This document shows positions 1-9,567 of a stretch of 64,000 bases of DNA, in pieces. The notes under the pieces are model-generated. The model was not told where the DNA came from. It did no database searches and saw nothing but the letters and a program-made list of their open reading frames with translations. The stretch spans positions 37,099-101,098 of the forward strand of contig JABSQN010000006.1 of the NCBI GenBank assembly GCA_013215825.1, written 5' to 3'. Source of the stretch: Piscirickettsiaceae bacterium (lineage in GTDB: Bacteria > Pseudomonadota > Gammaproteobacteria > Nitrosococcales > Methylophagaceae). Position 1 is the stretch's first letter. Each line of letters starts with the position of its first letter. The translations under genes were made by a program, and so were the position numbers.

Positions 1-54
1 TGGTTTTAATAGTGCCGCCAATTCCTTAGCAAAATAAACATTTGTTTTTTCCAT
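1..54 (-). CDS. 5' end of an unidentified CDS that runs out of the window (MEKTNVYFAKELAALLKP...)
   Basis: ATG at 54-52 on the minus strand, open to the window edge. Only 18 codons are visible and no motif is recognisable. Confidence 0.25.
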   Translation of the reverse strand, partial: MEKTNVYFAKELAALLKP

Positions 55-61
55 TTTTGTA

Positions 62-184
62 TATACCCAAGTGAAATGAAGTTGCAGATATTTTAACAAA
101 GCCCATCATTCCCACGTATGCGGGAATCTAACGATAGGAGCTCTTTACACTGTTCATGGATCCTCGCATACGAGAGGATGACAA
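62..184. repeat. MITE-like palindromic repeat, copy A
   Basis: Left terminus TATACCCAAGTGAAATGAAGTTGCAGAT matches the termini of copies D and E. ATTCCC-N8-GGGAAT hairpin at 108-127, followed by CTAACGATAGG. A second inverted hairpin at 160-179 ends in GATGAC. The right terminus is degenerate. Confidence 0.75.
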
Positions 185-215
185 AAAAATAGAAATAGTT
201 CGACGTTGAGAGCAT

Positions 216-247
216 AAAAAAGGCACTACCAGAAAACTGATAGCGCC
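216..247 (-). terminator. Rho-independent terminator downstream of the FKBP gene
   Basis: On the minus strand, GGCGCTATCAG-TTTT-CTGGTAGTGCC forms an 11-bp stem with two G-U pairs, followed by a T-run. It lies 25 nt after the stop codon. Confidence 0.6.
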
Positions 248-272
248 CTTATTATTTAAGTTTGATTAATGA

Positions 273-962
273 CTATTTTGTAATAGCAATTAATTCAATT
301 TCAAAAATCAATGTTTCATTTGGACCAATTGGTGAACCTTGACCAGCACCACGAGGACCGTATGCTAAGTTGCCAGGAACGACGATTTCCCATTTAGCGC
401 CTTCTTGCATTAATTGTAATGTTTCTTGCCAACCTTGAATCACGCCTGTTACTGGGAATGTTGCTGGTTCGCCACGGTCGTAAGAGCTATCAAATACAGT
501 ACCGTCTAATAATGTACCTTTATAGTGTGCGATAACTTTATCTTCTGTTGTTGGTGTTGCGCCATCACCTGCTGTGATGATTCGGTATTGTAAGCCACTT
601 TCAGTTGTAACAACGCCGTCTTTCTTAGCGTTAGCTTCCATATATATTTTTGATGCGTCTTGTTTTTTGTTCATTTCAGCTGCCATTTCTTTGGCTTTTT
701 GCGTTTGGAATTCACCAATTATTTTTTCAGCAGTTGCTTGATCGAGTTGTGGTTGTTTACCTGCCATCATGTCGGCAACGCCAGCAGCGAATGCATCCAT
801 TTCTAAATCAACGCCTTCAGCGACCATGTTTTGTCCAACTTGGATGCCGAAGATGTAGCTTAATTTCTGTTTGTCATTGTCTAACTTAGCGGCATGAGTA
901 TCAGCCATTGCGTGTGCTCCAAAAAATAAAAAAGGAAGAATTACGAGTGATTTTAAGTTCAT
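273..962 (-). CDS. fkpA: Periplasmic FKBP-type peptidyl-prolyl isomerase (FkpA/Mip-like)
   Basis: N-terminal signal peptide (MNLKSLVILPFLFFGAHAMA), a long helical linker, and a C-terminal FKBP domain (GVIQGWQE...LAYGPRG...LIFEIELI). Confidence 0.88.
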   Translation of the reverse strand: MNLKSLVILPFLFFGAHAMADTHAAKLDNDKQKLSYIFGIQVGQNMVAEGVDLEMDAFAAGVADMMAGKQPQLDQATAEKIIGEFQTQKAKEMAAEMNKKQDASKIYMEANAKKDGVVTTESGLQYRIITAGDGATPTTEDKVIAHYKGTLLDGTVFDSSYDRGEPATFPVTGVIQGWQETLQLMQEGAKWEIVVPGNLAYGPRGAGQGSPIGPNETLIFEIELIAITK

Positions 963-1164
963 TTAAATATGCTCTTGAATAGTAATTAAGTAGGGTAAAT
1001 CATTCATTAAGAGACCTTAGCACGACTGGTGCCAAGGTCTCATTAAATCCGAATGTGATGATTTAGTCATTACATCTTGGGTAAAGTTCACCTGGCGCGT
1101 ATTCTCTCACATTTTAATTGTAAGAAAAAATTTGATAATTTAGTAGAATAACGTAGCAAAAAGC

Positions 1165-1193
1165 TTGGTTATTATTTTAATTGATACTATAAT
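1165..1193 (+). promoter_or_regulatory. Putative sigma70 promoter of the suf regulator/operon
   Basis: TTGGTT (1165-1170), a 17-nt spacer, and TATAAT (1188-1193), located 24 nt upstream of the Rrf2 start. Read by eye only. Confidence 0.35.
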
Positions 1194-1216
1194 GGTCTCA
1201 ATTAGGAGAGCTTACT

Positions 1217-1693
1217 ATGTTGCGAATGGGCAAGTTAACAGATTACGGTATCGTTTTGATGAGTTATTTAGCATCGAAAACCTATCTAAAGCATAGTGCC
1301 CATAGTTTATCTGATGCGGTGAATATGCCGTTACCCACAGTGCGTAAAGTGCTAAAGGCTTTATCTCAAGCAGGATTATTAATATCAGAACGTGGGGCTC
1401 AAGGCGGTTACAACTTAATCCGTAGTCCTAAACAAATTTCGGTAGCAGATATTATCGCGGCAATTGAGGGACCTATTGCTTTGACGGAGTGTGTGAGTGA
1501 TGAAAGTCATTGCGATCAGGAATCACATTGTTCGATTCAAACTAACTGGACCAAGATTAATAATGCGGTTTTTTATGCCTTAGATGAGGTGAAATTGTCC
1601 GATATGTTAGCGCCTCAAGCCGAAGGAAAAGGCGTAAGTCCGATACATTTCTATCCATCAGCAACATTACATAAGAGTGAGCTTCATGGCTGA
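1217..1693 (+). CDS. Rrf2-family transcriptional regulator (SUF-system regulator type)
   Basis: N-terminal winged-HTH typical of Rrf2 ([14 protein letters not shown]...). Cys cluster [15 protein letters not shown]. Sits directly upstream of sufB and overlaps it. AGGAG RBS 9 nt upstream of the start. Confidence 0.85.
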   Translation: MLRMGKLTDYGIVLMSYLASKTYLKHSAHSLSDAVNMPLPTVRKVLKALSQAGLLISERGAQGGYNLIRSPKQISVADIIAAIEGPIALTECVSDESHCDQESHCSIQTNWTKINNAVFYALDEVKLSDMLAPQAEGKGVSPIHFYPSATLHKSELHG

Positions 1694-3131
1694 ACAAAAA
1701 CAAATCGATGATGTATTAACATCAGAATATAAAGCAGGTTTTGTCACTGATATTGAATCAGATAGCTTTCCTGTGGGCTTGAGCGAACAAACGGTGCGTG
1801 ATATTTCGCGTATTAAAAATGAACCTGAATTTTTATTAGAATGGCGTTTAGAAGCGTATCGTCATTGGTTAACCTTAAAACCACCTAAATGGGCGCATGT
1901 TAATTATCCTGAAATTGATTTTCAGGCTATTAGTTATTATTCAGCGCCTAAGCAAAAAACCGATGGTCCTAAGAGTTTAGATGAGGTTGATCCTGAGTTA
2001 TTGCGTACTTATGAAAAACTCGGCGTGCCACTGGATGAACGCGCACGTTTAGCCGGTGTGGCAGTGGATGCGGTATTTGATAGTGTGTCGGTAGCCAATA
2101 CATTCCAAGATAAATTAGCCGAAGATGGCATTCTTTTTATGCCTTTTTCAAAAGCGGTGCATGCACATCCTGAATTAATTAAAAAGTATTTGGGTAGCGT
2201 AGTGCCTTATCGTGATAATTATTATGCGGCGTTGAATTCGGCAGTGTTTAGTGATGGCTCCTTTGTTTATATTCCCAAAGGCACACGTTGCCCAATGGAG
2301 TTATCCACCTATTTTCGTATTAATGCCGCCAATACGGGGCAATTTGAGCGCACCTTAATCATTGCTGATGATGATTCCTATGTCAGTTACTTAGAAGGCT
2401 GTACAGCGCCCATGCGTGATGAAAATCAATTGCATGCGGCAGTGGTTGAATTAATCATTCATGATCGTGCTGAGATTAAATATTCAACGGTGCAGAACTG
2501 GTATCCCGGTGATGAAAATGGCGTGGGCGGGATTTTTAACTTTGTGACAAAACGCGCGGCTTGTCGCGGTGAAAGCTCAAAAGTATCCTGGACACAAGTA
2601 GAAACCGGTTCGGCAATCACCTGGAAATATCCCAGTGTTATTTTGCAAGGTGATAATTCAGTCGGTGAGTTTTACTCTGTTGCGGTGACCAATAATATGC
2701 AACAGGCGGATACTGGTACTAAGATGATTCATCTTGGCAAAAATACTAGCTCGACCATTATTTCAAAAGGTATTTCAGCGGGACGTTCACAAAATACCTA
2801 TCGAGGTTTGGTGCGTGTTGGGCCAAATGCAGAAAATGCACGTAACTATACCGAATGTGATTCCTTACTAATGGGTGATCAGTGTGGGGCGCATACCTTC
2901 CCTTATATTGAAGTGAAAAACCCAACGGCACAGGTGGAGCATGAAGCATCAACGTCAAAAATTAGTGAAGATCAGTTGTTTTATTGTAAGCAGCGCGGGC
3001 TTAATGCTGATGATGCGGTATCGATGATTGTTAATGGTTTTTGTAAGCAAGTAATGCGTCAATTACCGATGGAGTTTGCGGTTGAAGCTCAAAACTTATT
3101 GAGTCTGTCGTTAGAAGGCTCTGTTGGCTAA
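1686..3131 (+). CDS. sufB: Fe-S cluster assembly scaffold SufB
   Basis: Full-length SufB-like sequence (...[11 protein letters not shown]...[14 protein letters not shown]...). The ATG at 1686 overlaps the regulator stop. The ORF track starts it at GTG 1677. Confidence 0.95.
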   Translation: MAEQKQIDDVLTSEYKAGFVTDIESDSFPVGLSEQTVRDISRIKNEPEFLLEWRLEAYRHWLTLKPPKWAHVNYPEIDFQAISYYSAPKQKTDGPKSLDEVDPELLRTYEKLGVPLDERARLAGVAVDAVFDSVSVANTFQDKLAEDGILFMPFSKAVHAHPELIKKYLGSVVPYRDNYYAALNSAVFSDGSFVYIPKGTRCPMELSTYFRINAANTGQFERTLIIADDDSYVSYLEGCTAPMRDENQLHAAVVELIIHDRAEIKYSTVQNWYPGDENGVGGIFNFVTKRAACRGESSKVSWTQVETGSAITWKYPSVILQGDNSVGEFYSVAVTNNMQQADTGTKMIHLGKNTSSTIISKGISAGRSQNTYRGLVRVGPNAENARNYTECDSLLMGDQCGAHTFPYIEVKNPTAQVEHEASTSKISEDQLFYCKQRGLNADDAVSMIVNGFCKQVMRQLPMEFAVEAQNLLSLSLEGSVG

Positions 3132-3132
3132 G

Positions 3133-3226
3133 ATACAAGATTTGTCGTCATTCTCGCGAATTCGGGAATCCAACGATAGTGGATATTTAAGATAGCCCAA
3201 AGCTCCCTGCATATGCAGGGTGACAC
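3133..3226. repeat. MITE-like palindromic repeat, copy B (truncated, lacks outer termini)
   Basis: GTCATTCTC-GCGAATTC-GGGAATCCAACGATAGTGG at 3147-3183, and an inverted second hairpin CTCCCTGCATATGCAGGGTGAC at 3203-3224. Fills the sufB-sufC spacer. Confidence 0.75.
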
Positions 3227-3252
3227 GCTATATTTTAAAGAGATAACAATAA

Positions 3253-4005
3253 ATGAAAATGTTAGAAATTAAAAACCTACATGCCAGCGTTGGCGGCAAA
3301 GAAATTTTAAAGGGTATTAATTTAACCATTAATGCCGGTGAAGTGCATGCCATTATGGGCCCCAATGGTGCTGGTAAAAGTACCTTGTCAAATGTGCTTG
3401 CGGGTCGTGATGGTTATGAAGTCACCCAAGGTAGTGTGCTGTATAAAGGTGAAGATTTATTAGCCTTGAAAGCAGAAGAGCGCGCGCAACGCGGTGTGTT
3501 TTTAGCTTTTCAATATCCAGTCGAAATTCCAGGTGTAAGCAATATCTATTTGCTTAAAGCGGCACTGAATGCCGTGCGCCAATATCAAGGTTTAGAGGAA
3601 GTTGATGCCATCGACTTTTTAACGTTGGTTCGTAGCAAACTTGAGTTAGTTAAAATGGATGAAGTCTTTTTGCACCGTGGGGTGAATGAAGGTTTTTCTG
3701 GCGGCGAGAAAAAACGTAATGAAATCTTACAAATGGCCTTATTAGAACCGTCATTAGCAATTCTAGATGAAACGGATTCGGGCTTAGATATTGATGCCTT
3801 AAAAGATGTGGCTGATGGCGTGAATGCACTGCGCAGCGCAGACCGTTCGATGATTATGATTACTCATTACCAACGCTTATTAGATTATATTGAACCTGAC
3901 TTCGTCCATGTTTTATCCGATGGACAAATTGTAAAATCAGGGGATAAAGAGCTGGCTAAAGAGTTAGAGAAAATAGGTTATAGTTGGGTTAATGCTGATG
4001 CCTAG
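3253..4005 (+). CDS. sufC: Fe-S cluster assembly ATPase SufC
   Basis: Walker [13 protein letters not shown] signature FSGGEKKR, Walker [13 protein letters not shown]. Confidence 0.95.
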   Translation: MKMLEIKNLHASVGGKEILKGINLTINAGEVHAIMGPNGAGKSTLSNVLAGRDGYEVTQGSVLYKGEDLLALKAEERAQRGVFLAFQYPVEIPGVSNIYLLKAALNAVRQYQGLEEVDAIDFLTLVRSKLELVKMDEVFLHRGVNEGFSGGEKKRNEILQMALLEPSLAILDETDSGLDIDALKDVADGVNALRSADRSMIMITHYQRLLDYIEPDFVHVLSDGQIVKSGDKELAKELEKIGYSWVNADA

Positions 4006-5311
4006 TTCTAAATCATTAACAGAGCTAGCAACGCCGTTTGCCAGCATCGCTGAAAATTTATCGTTAGTGGGTAGTGATTTACCGTGGTTAAAGGCTTTAC
4101 GTTTACAAGCCTTGGTACAGTTTAATCAGCAATGTCTGCCTTCTAAAAAAGAAGAAGATTGGAAATACACCAGCTTGTGGGAGTTAGCGCAACAGTCATT
4201 TGAGCATCAAGCTCAAGAGATTGAGTTGAGTGCAGAACAAGTCGATCAATTGGCACTGTTAAAACAAAGTTATCGCGTTGTTATTATTGACGGTGTATTT
4301 TCTAAGACGCATTCACAATTAGATAATTTGCCAGCAGGTTTGACGGTTGTCAGCTTAGAAGATGGTCTGGCGCAGGCTCAACCTCATATTAATAAGCAAA
4401 TAGATCTTGATAAAGCAGGCTTTAATGCCTTAAATACTTTATTGATGAATGATGGCGTGGTGATTAGTGTCGAGAGCGATGTTCAGGTCGAACAGCCTAT
4501 TGAAATATTGGTCATCAATACTGGCACAACCGAGGCCTTAGCTAGCCATTTACGTCATGTGATTATATTAGCTGATAATAGCCAAGCGACCGTTATTGAG
4601 CATTATGTCAGTTTGAATGAGGTCTGTTCATTGACCAATGTTGTTAGTGAAGTGGTCTTAGCGGCAGGTGCTGAATTAAATCATTATAAATTGCAGCAAG
4701 AATCTAGTCAGGCGTTTCATATTGCGACCTTGGCAGCAAAACAAGCAACAAAAAGCCAATGGCGTACCAATAATATTGCTTTAGGTAGCAAACTGGCACG
4801 CAGTGATATTCATTGTCAATTATTAGGTGATGCGGCTCATGTGGTGATGGATGGATTTTATTTACTGGATAATGATCAACATTGTGATACCCATACGCGA
4901 ATTGATCATGCCGTACCCAATACCACCAGTGATGAGCTGTATAAAGGTATTTTAGATGGCGCAAGCCATGGTGTATTCAATGGTAAGGTGATTGTGCATA
5001 AAGATGCTCAAAAGACCGATGCCAATCAACAAAATCATAATTTGTTGCTTTCTCGCAAGTGTGAAATTGATAGCAAACCAGAAATGGAAATTTATGCGGA
5101 TGATGTGAAATGTGGTCATGGTAGTACGGTGGGGCAACTTAATCAGGATCATATGTTCTTTTTGCGCGCTCGTGGTTTAGATGAAGTCACTGCGCGTAGC
5201 TTATTAACTTATGCCTTTGCGACCGATGTTTTAGAACGTATTCCATCAGCAATAATACGCCAAAGTCTAGCGGCAGTTATTGAGCAACGCTTGCCTAAAG
5301 GTAGCAAATAA
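3992..5311 (+). CDS. sufD: Fe-S cluster assembly protein SufD
   Basis: Overlaps the sufC stop. The C-terminal beta-helix region is typical of SufD (...[17 protein letters not shown]...FFLRARGL...). Confidence 0.9.
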   Translation: MLMPSSKSLTELATPFASIAENLSLVGSDLPWLKALRLQALVQFNQQCLPSKKEEDWKYTSLWELAQQSFEHQAQEIELSAEQVDQLALLKQSYRVVIIDGVFSKTHSQLDNLPAGLTVVSLEDGLAQAQPHINKQIDLDKAGFNALNTLLMNDGVVISVESDVQVEQPIEILVINTGTTEALASHLRHVIILADNSQATVIEHYVSLNEVCSLTNVVSEVVLAAGAELNHYKLQQESSQAFHIATLAAKQATKSQWRTNNIALGSKLARSDIHCQLLGDAAHVVMDGFYLLDNDQHCDTHTRIDHAVPNTTSDELYKGILDGASHGVFNGKVIVHKDAQKTDANQQNHNLLLSRKCEIDSKPEMEIYADDVKCGHGSTVGQLNQDHMFFLRARGLDEVTARSLLTYAFATDVLERIPSAIIRQSLAAVIEQRLPKGSK

Positions 5312-6535
5312 ATGAGCCGCTTAGATTTAGATAAAATCAGACAAGATTTTCCAATCTTACATCAACAAGTACATGGTCGAGATTTGGTTTATCTTGATAA
5401 TGCGGCAAGCAGCCAAAAGCCGGTGCAAGTGATTGATGCGATTTCTGACTATTATCGAAAAGACAATGCCAATGTACATCGTGGTGTTCACAAATTAAGT
5501 CAGCGTGCCACTGATGCGTATGAAGGCTCACGTGTTAAAGTACGTGATTTTTTAAATGCTCAATCAGATAAAGAAATCATTTTTGTACGTGGTGCAACAG
5601 AAGCGATAAACCTGATTGCTCAGAGCTTTGTACGGCCACAGTTACAGGCTGATGATGAAATATTAATCAGCCATATGGAACATCATGCCAATATCGTACC
5701 TTGGCAAATGTTGTGTGAACAAACGGGGGCAAAACTCAAAGTTATCCCGATGACTGAGGTGGGTGAGCTTGATTTGTCGACTTTGGATGAATTATTAAAC
5801 GAACGGACTAAAATATTAGCCGTTGGTCATGTTTCTAATGCATTAGGTACTATCAACCCTGTTAAAGAAATGATTGCTAAAGCACATGCTAAGGATATTC
5901 CAGTGCTGATTGATGGTGCACAAGCCGTGCCCCATATGGTGGTGGATGTACAAGATTTGGACTGTGATTTTTATGTGTTCTCAGCACATAAAATGTTTGG
6001 CCCAACGGGTATTGGTGCACTGTATGGCAAGCAAACCTTATTAGAAAATATGCCGCCTTGGCAGGGTGGAGGCGATATGATTCTATCGGTCAGTTTTGAG
6101 CACACGCAATACAATGAATTGCCCTATAAATTTGAAGCAGGTACGCCACATATTGCCGGTGCAATCGGTTTGGGCGCAGCAATAGATTATATGCAAGATC
6201 TTGGCATTACTAATATCGCCCAGCATGAACATGATTTATTAGTGGCGGCGACAGAGAAGCTTAGTGCTATGGAGGGTGTCAGAATCATTGGTACCGCCAA
6301 AGAAAAAGCCAGTGTTTTATCGTTTATGATTGAGGGGGTACATCCACATGATGTGGGGACTATTTTTGATCAAGAAGGCGTGGCGATTCGTACTGGTCAT
6401 CACTGTGCCCAACCCATTATGCAGTTTTATGGTATTCCGGCGACAGCACGTGCTTCATTTGCCTTTTATAACACGATGGAAGAAGTTGATGCCTTAGTTA
6501 TGGGCATTAAAAAAGTACAGGAGCTTTTTGCATGA
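5312..6535 (+). CDS. sufS: Cysteine desulfurase SufS (class V aminotransferase, group II)
   Basis: PLP-lysine context [12 protein letters not shown], active-site loop [10 protein letters not shown]-terminal [11 protein letters not shown]. Confidence 0.95.
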   Translation: MSRLDLDKIRQDFPILHQQVHGRDLVYLDNAASSQKPVQVIDAISDYYRKDNANVHRGVHKLSQRATDAYEGSRVKVRDFLNAQSDKEIIFVRGATEAINLIAQSFVRPQLQADDEILISHMEHHANIVPWQMLCEQTGAKLKVIPMTEVGELDLSTLDELLNERTKILAVGHVSNALGTINPVKEMIAKAHAKDIPVLIDGAQAVPHMVVDVQDLDCDFYVFSAHKMFGPTGIGALYGKQTLLENMPPWQGGGDMILSVSFEHTQYNELPYKFEAGTPHIAGAIGLGAAIDYMQDLGITNIAQHEHDLLVAATEKLSAMEGVRIIGTAKEKASVLSFMIEGVHPHDVGTIFDQEGVAIRTGHHCAQPIMQFYGIPATARASFAFYNTMEEVDALVMGIKKVQELFA

Positions 6536-6984
6536 GTAGTGCAGATTTAAGAGATCTATACCAACAAGTGATTATGGATCACAATAAGAAACCTCGTAAT
6601 TTTCGTGATATGGATGATGCCAATCACTTGGCACATGGAAATAACCCATTATGTGGAGATGCCTTGGTTGTATTTGTAAAGCTAGAGAATGATGTGATTG
6701 AAGATGTGAGCTTTCAAGGCAGTGGCTGTGCAATTTCAGTCGCCTCGGCTTCATTGATGACGGAAGCGATTAAAGGAAAAAGCTTGCAGGAAGCCGAAGA
6801 AATTTATCAGCAGGTTCATAAGCAAATGACAGGTGAAGATGTTGATGCGTCAACACTGGGTAAATTAGAAGTGCTAAGTGGGGTGAAAGAGTTCCCCGCA
6901 CGAGTAAAATGCGCCACCTTATCGTGGCACACTATGCATGCTGCTATGGATAGTGACCACGATATTTCGATAACGACAGAATAG
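6532..6984 (+). CDS. sufU: SufU/IscU-like sulfur acceptor (NifU N-terminal family)
   Basis: Conserved Cys ligand contexts NPLCGD, GSGCAIS and VKCATL. Overlaps the sufS stop by 4 nt. Confidence 0.85.
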   Translation: MSSADLRDLYQQVIMDHNKKPRNFRDMDDANHLAHGNNPLCGDALVVFVKLENDVIEDVSFQGSGCAISVASASLMTEAIKGKSLQEAEEIYQQVHKQMTGEDVDASTLGKLEVLSGVKEFPARVKCATLSWHTMHAAMDSDHDISITTE

Positions 6985-6992
6985 GGCATACG

Positions 6993-7325
6993 ATGAGCGA
7001 AGAATATTTAGAAGTCAGTCCTGACGAGATAAAAGAAGATGTGATCGAGATGTTGCAAACTATCTATGATCCTGAAATACCTGTTAATATTTACGAGCTA
7101 GGTCTTATTTACGAGATTGAAGTGAGTGAAGAATCTAATGTTGATATTAAAATGACATTAACAGCGCCAGGTTGTCCTGTGGCTCAGACTTTTCCCGGTG
7201 AAATTGAATCGAAAGTAAGTACTGTTACTAATGTTAATGAGGTTAAGGTCGAACTCGTTTGGGATCCACCTTGGACAAAAGATATGATGAGCGAAGCGGC
7301 ACAGTTGCAATTAGGATTCTTTTAA
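6993..7325 (+). CDS. sufT: DUF59/SufT-type Fe-S assembly protein
   Basis: YDPEIPVNIYELGLIY...MTLTAPGCPVA, the hallmark of DUF59 proteins. Last gene of the suf cluster. Confidence 0.85.
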   Translation: MSEEYLEVSPDEIKEDVIEMLQTIYDPEIPVNIYELGLIYEIEVSEESNVDIKMTLTAPGCPVAQTFPGEIESKVSTVTNVNEVKVELVWDPPWTKDMMSEAAQLQLGFF

Positions 7326-7337
7326 AAGGTAATCGTA

Positions 7338-9029
7338 ATGAATAGCGACGTGCAATTAACTGGCTCGGAATTGTTAAATACTCCTTTATTAAATAAAGGA
7401 ACAGCCTTTAGTGATGAAGAGCGTAAAGTGCTAAAACTCACTGGATTATTGCCAAAGCGACATGAAACAATCGAGCAACAAGTCGCACGTTGTTATCAAC
7501 AATTTTCAAGTATCGACAAGCCGATTGATAAATATGTTTATCTACGTGATCTGCAAGATACTAACGAAACGTTATTTTATCGACTAGTTCAAACATATAT
7601 TGAAGAAATGATGCCGATTATTTACACCCCTGTAGTCGGTGAAGGTTGTGAACGTTTTTCAGATATTTATCGTCAACCACGAGGCATATTTATTGCCTAC
7701 CCTGATCGTGGTTCCATCGATGAAATTTTAGATAATGTCAGCAATGAAAATGTTAAAGTGATTGTTGTTACTGATGGTAGTCGTATTCTTGGCTTAGGTG
7801 ATCAAGGTGCTGGTGGCATGGGTATTCCGATTGGTAAATTATCGTTATATACCGCCTGTGCAGGGGTTAATCCACAATATACATTGCCAATCACATTAGA
7901 TGTTGGCACCAATAATCAGCAGTTATTAGATAATCCGTTGTATATCGGCTGGCATCATAATCGTATTGATCCGCAAGAGTATGATGCGTTTTTAGAATTA
8001 TTTGTGACTGCAATTAAAAAACGCTGGTCAGAAGCCTTATTGCAATTTGAAGATTTCGAACAATCTAAGGCTTTACCATTATTAAATCGTTACCGTGATC
8101 AGCTTTGCTGTTTTAATGATGATATTCAAGGTACTGCCGCAGTAACGGTAGGCACACTGCTGGCGGCAAGTCATGTTAAAAATGAGCAATTATCACAACA
8201 ACGTATTGTCTTTGTTGGAGCCGGTGCGGCAGGCTGTGGTATTGCAGAACAAATCGTTGATCAAATGTGTGCAGAAGGTTTATCTGAACAACAAGCACGT
8301 AGCCAAATCTATATGGTTGGACGAGATGGATTGTTGATAGATGGCGCTTCTTCAATCTTAGATTTCCAGCAAAACTTATCACAAAAGAAAGCAGATTTAA
8401 GTAATTGGCAGTACAGCGGTGAATCAGCCTCATTAATCGAAGTAATAACATTTGCCAAACCAACGGTCTTAATTGGCGTTTCAGGGCAACCGGGATTATT
8501 TACTGAAACACTGATTAAAACGATGCAACAAAGCTGTGAAAGACCAATCATCTTTCCGCTAAGTAATCCATCGAAACAAATTGAAGCAACACCTGATCAG
8601 CTAATTGAATGGACGGACGGACAAGCGATTGTGGCTACAGGTAGCCCATTTACACCCGTTGAATATAAAGGTAAGTCATACTCAATTCCACAGTGTAATA
8701 ATAGTTATATATTCCCTGGGTTTGGCTTGGCAGTAATTGCTGCTAAAATCACACGAATTAGTGATGAAATGTTAATGCTTTCGAGTGAGATTCTGGCTGA
8801 ATCATCACCTGTAATCAAAACAGGGCAAGGTGCATTATTGCCACCACTCAGTGAGATCAATGAACTGAGTAAAAAGATTGCCTTTGCAGTTGCTAAATTA
8901 GCTCAACAGCAAGGATTTTCAGCTCAAATGACAGACCATGAATTATCTGATGCAATAGAACAGAATTTCTGGTTGCCGGAATATCGGAGTATAAGTGGGC
9001 AAGTGTTTAACTTAAAGGTGAGTAGTTAA
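7338..9029 (+). CDS. maeA: NAD-dependent malic enzyme
   Basis: N-terminal [29 protein letters not shown], and dinucleotide fold [12 protein letters not shown]. Confidence 0.93.
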   Translation: MNSDVQLTGSELLNTPLLNKGTAFSDEERKVLKLTGLLPKRHETIEQQVARCYQQFSSIDKPIDKYVYLRDLQDTNETLFYRLVQTYIEEMMPIIYTPVVGEGCERFSDIYRQPRGIFIAYPDRGSIDEILDNVSNENVKVIVVTDGSRILGLGDQGAGGMGIPIGKLSLYTACAGVNPQYTLPITLDVGTNNQQLLDNPLYIGWHHNRIDPQEYDAFLELFVTAIKKRWSEALLQFEDFEQSKALPLLNRYRDQLCCFNDDIQGTAAVTVGTLLAASHVKNEQLSQQRIVFVGAGAAGCGIAEQIVDQMCAEGLSEQQARSQIYMVGRDGLLIDGASSILDFQQNLSQKKADLSNWQYSGESASLIEVITFAKPTVLIGVSGQPGLFTETLIKTMQQSCERPIIFPLSNPSKQIEATPDQLIEWTDGQAIVATGSPFTPVEYKGKSYSIPQCNNSYIFPGFGLAVIAAKITRISDEMLMLSSEILAESSPVIKTGQGALLPPLSEINELSKKIAFAVAKLAQQQGFSAQMTDHELSDAIEQNFWLPEYRSISGQVFNLKVSS

Positions 9030-9036
9030 AAATATA

Positions 9037-9315
9037 ATGAAGAAAAGAAAAAATATTTTACAAAGATCATCGTCTATTATTGGAAAGGCATGTTTTTTAC
9101 TGGCAGTTCTATGCGTAGTGGCTTTTTATTTTAAGGTTCAGGATCTGGGCATGCAGCATGTTATTTCTGCTAGTTTTCTCGCCTTTTCCTTTTTTTTGGT
9201 TTCTGTTGGTGTTGTATTAACCGTAATTGCTAATACCGACATTCCAAGTTTTAAGATGGGACCTGTTTCCATAACCTATAAAGGTAATAGTGAAGAAAAT
9301 AGCTCTGGTGATTAA
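9037..9315 (+). CDS. Small hypothetical membrane protein (two predicted TM helices)
   Basis: Only an ORF with two hydrophobic stretches (CFLLAVLCVVAFYF and FLAFSFFLVSVGVVLTVIA). No recognisable motif. Confidence 0.45.
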   Translation: MKKRKNILQRSSSIIGKACFLLAVLCVVAFYFKVQDLGMQHVISASFLAFSFFLVSVGVVLTVIANTDIPSFKMGPVSITYKGNSEENSSGD

Positions 9316-9504
9316 GTAGGTATTATTTCCTTCTAACTAATTATTGGATAAAGGCTTATCCTAAATAGGGTGTAATTTCATCTTGAAATAAATGCATCGT
9401 GAGACGTTCCTAACATCGGCAGCAGAAAGCCAAAATAACCTAAAGATAAGTTATCGGCCTTTCGTCTTGTCGGACGATGCCGCCAGAAAGAACGATTGAT
9501 TTAC

Positions 9505-9547
9505 AAAACTGATCATGACTATATTAGTGGATATCATGATCAGTTTT
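9505..9547 (-). terminator. Terminator hairpin downstream of valS
   Basis: Perfect 14-bp inverted repeat AAAACTGATCATGA / TCATGATCAGTTTT with a 15-nt loop. A/T runs on both sides make it potentially bidirectional. Confidence 0.6.
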
Positions 9548-9567
9548 GATCCAAAATATTTTTGGAT

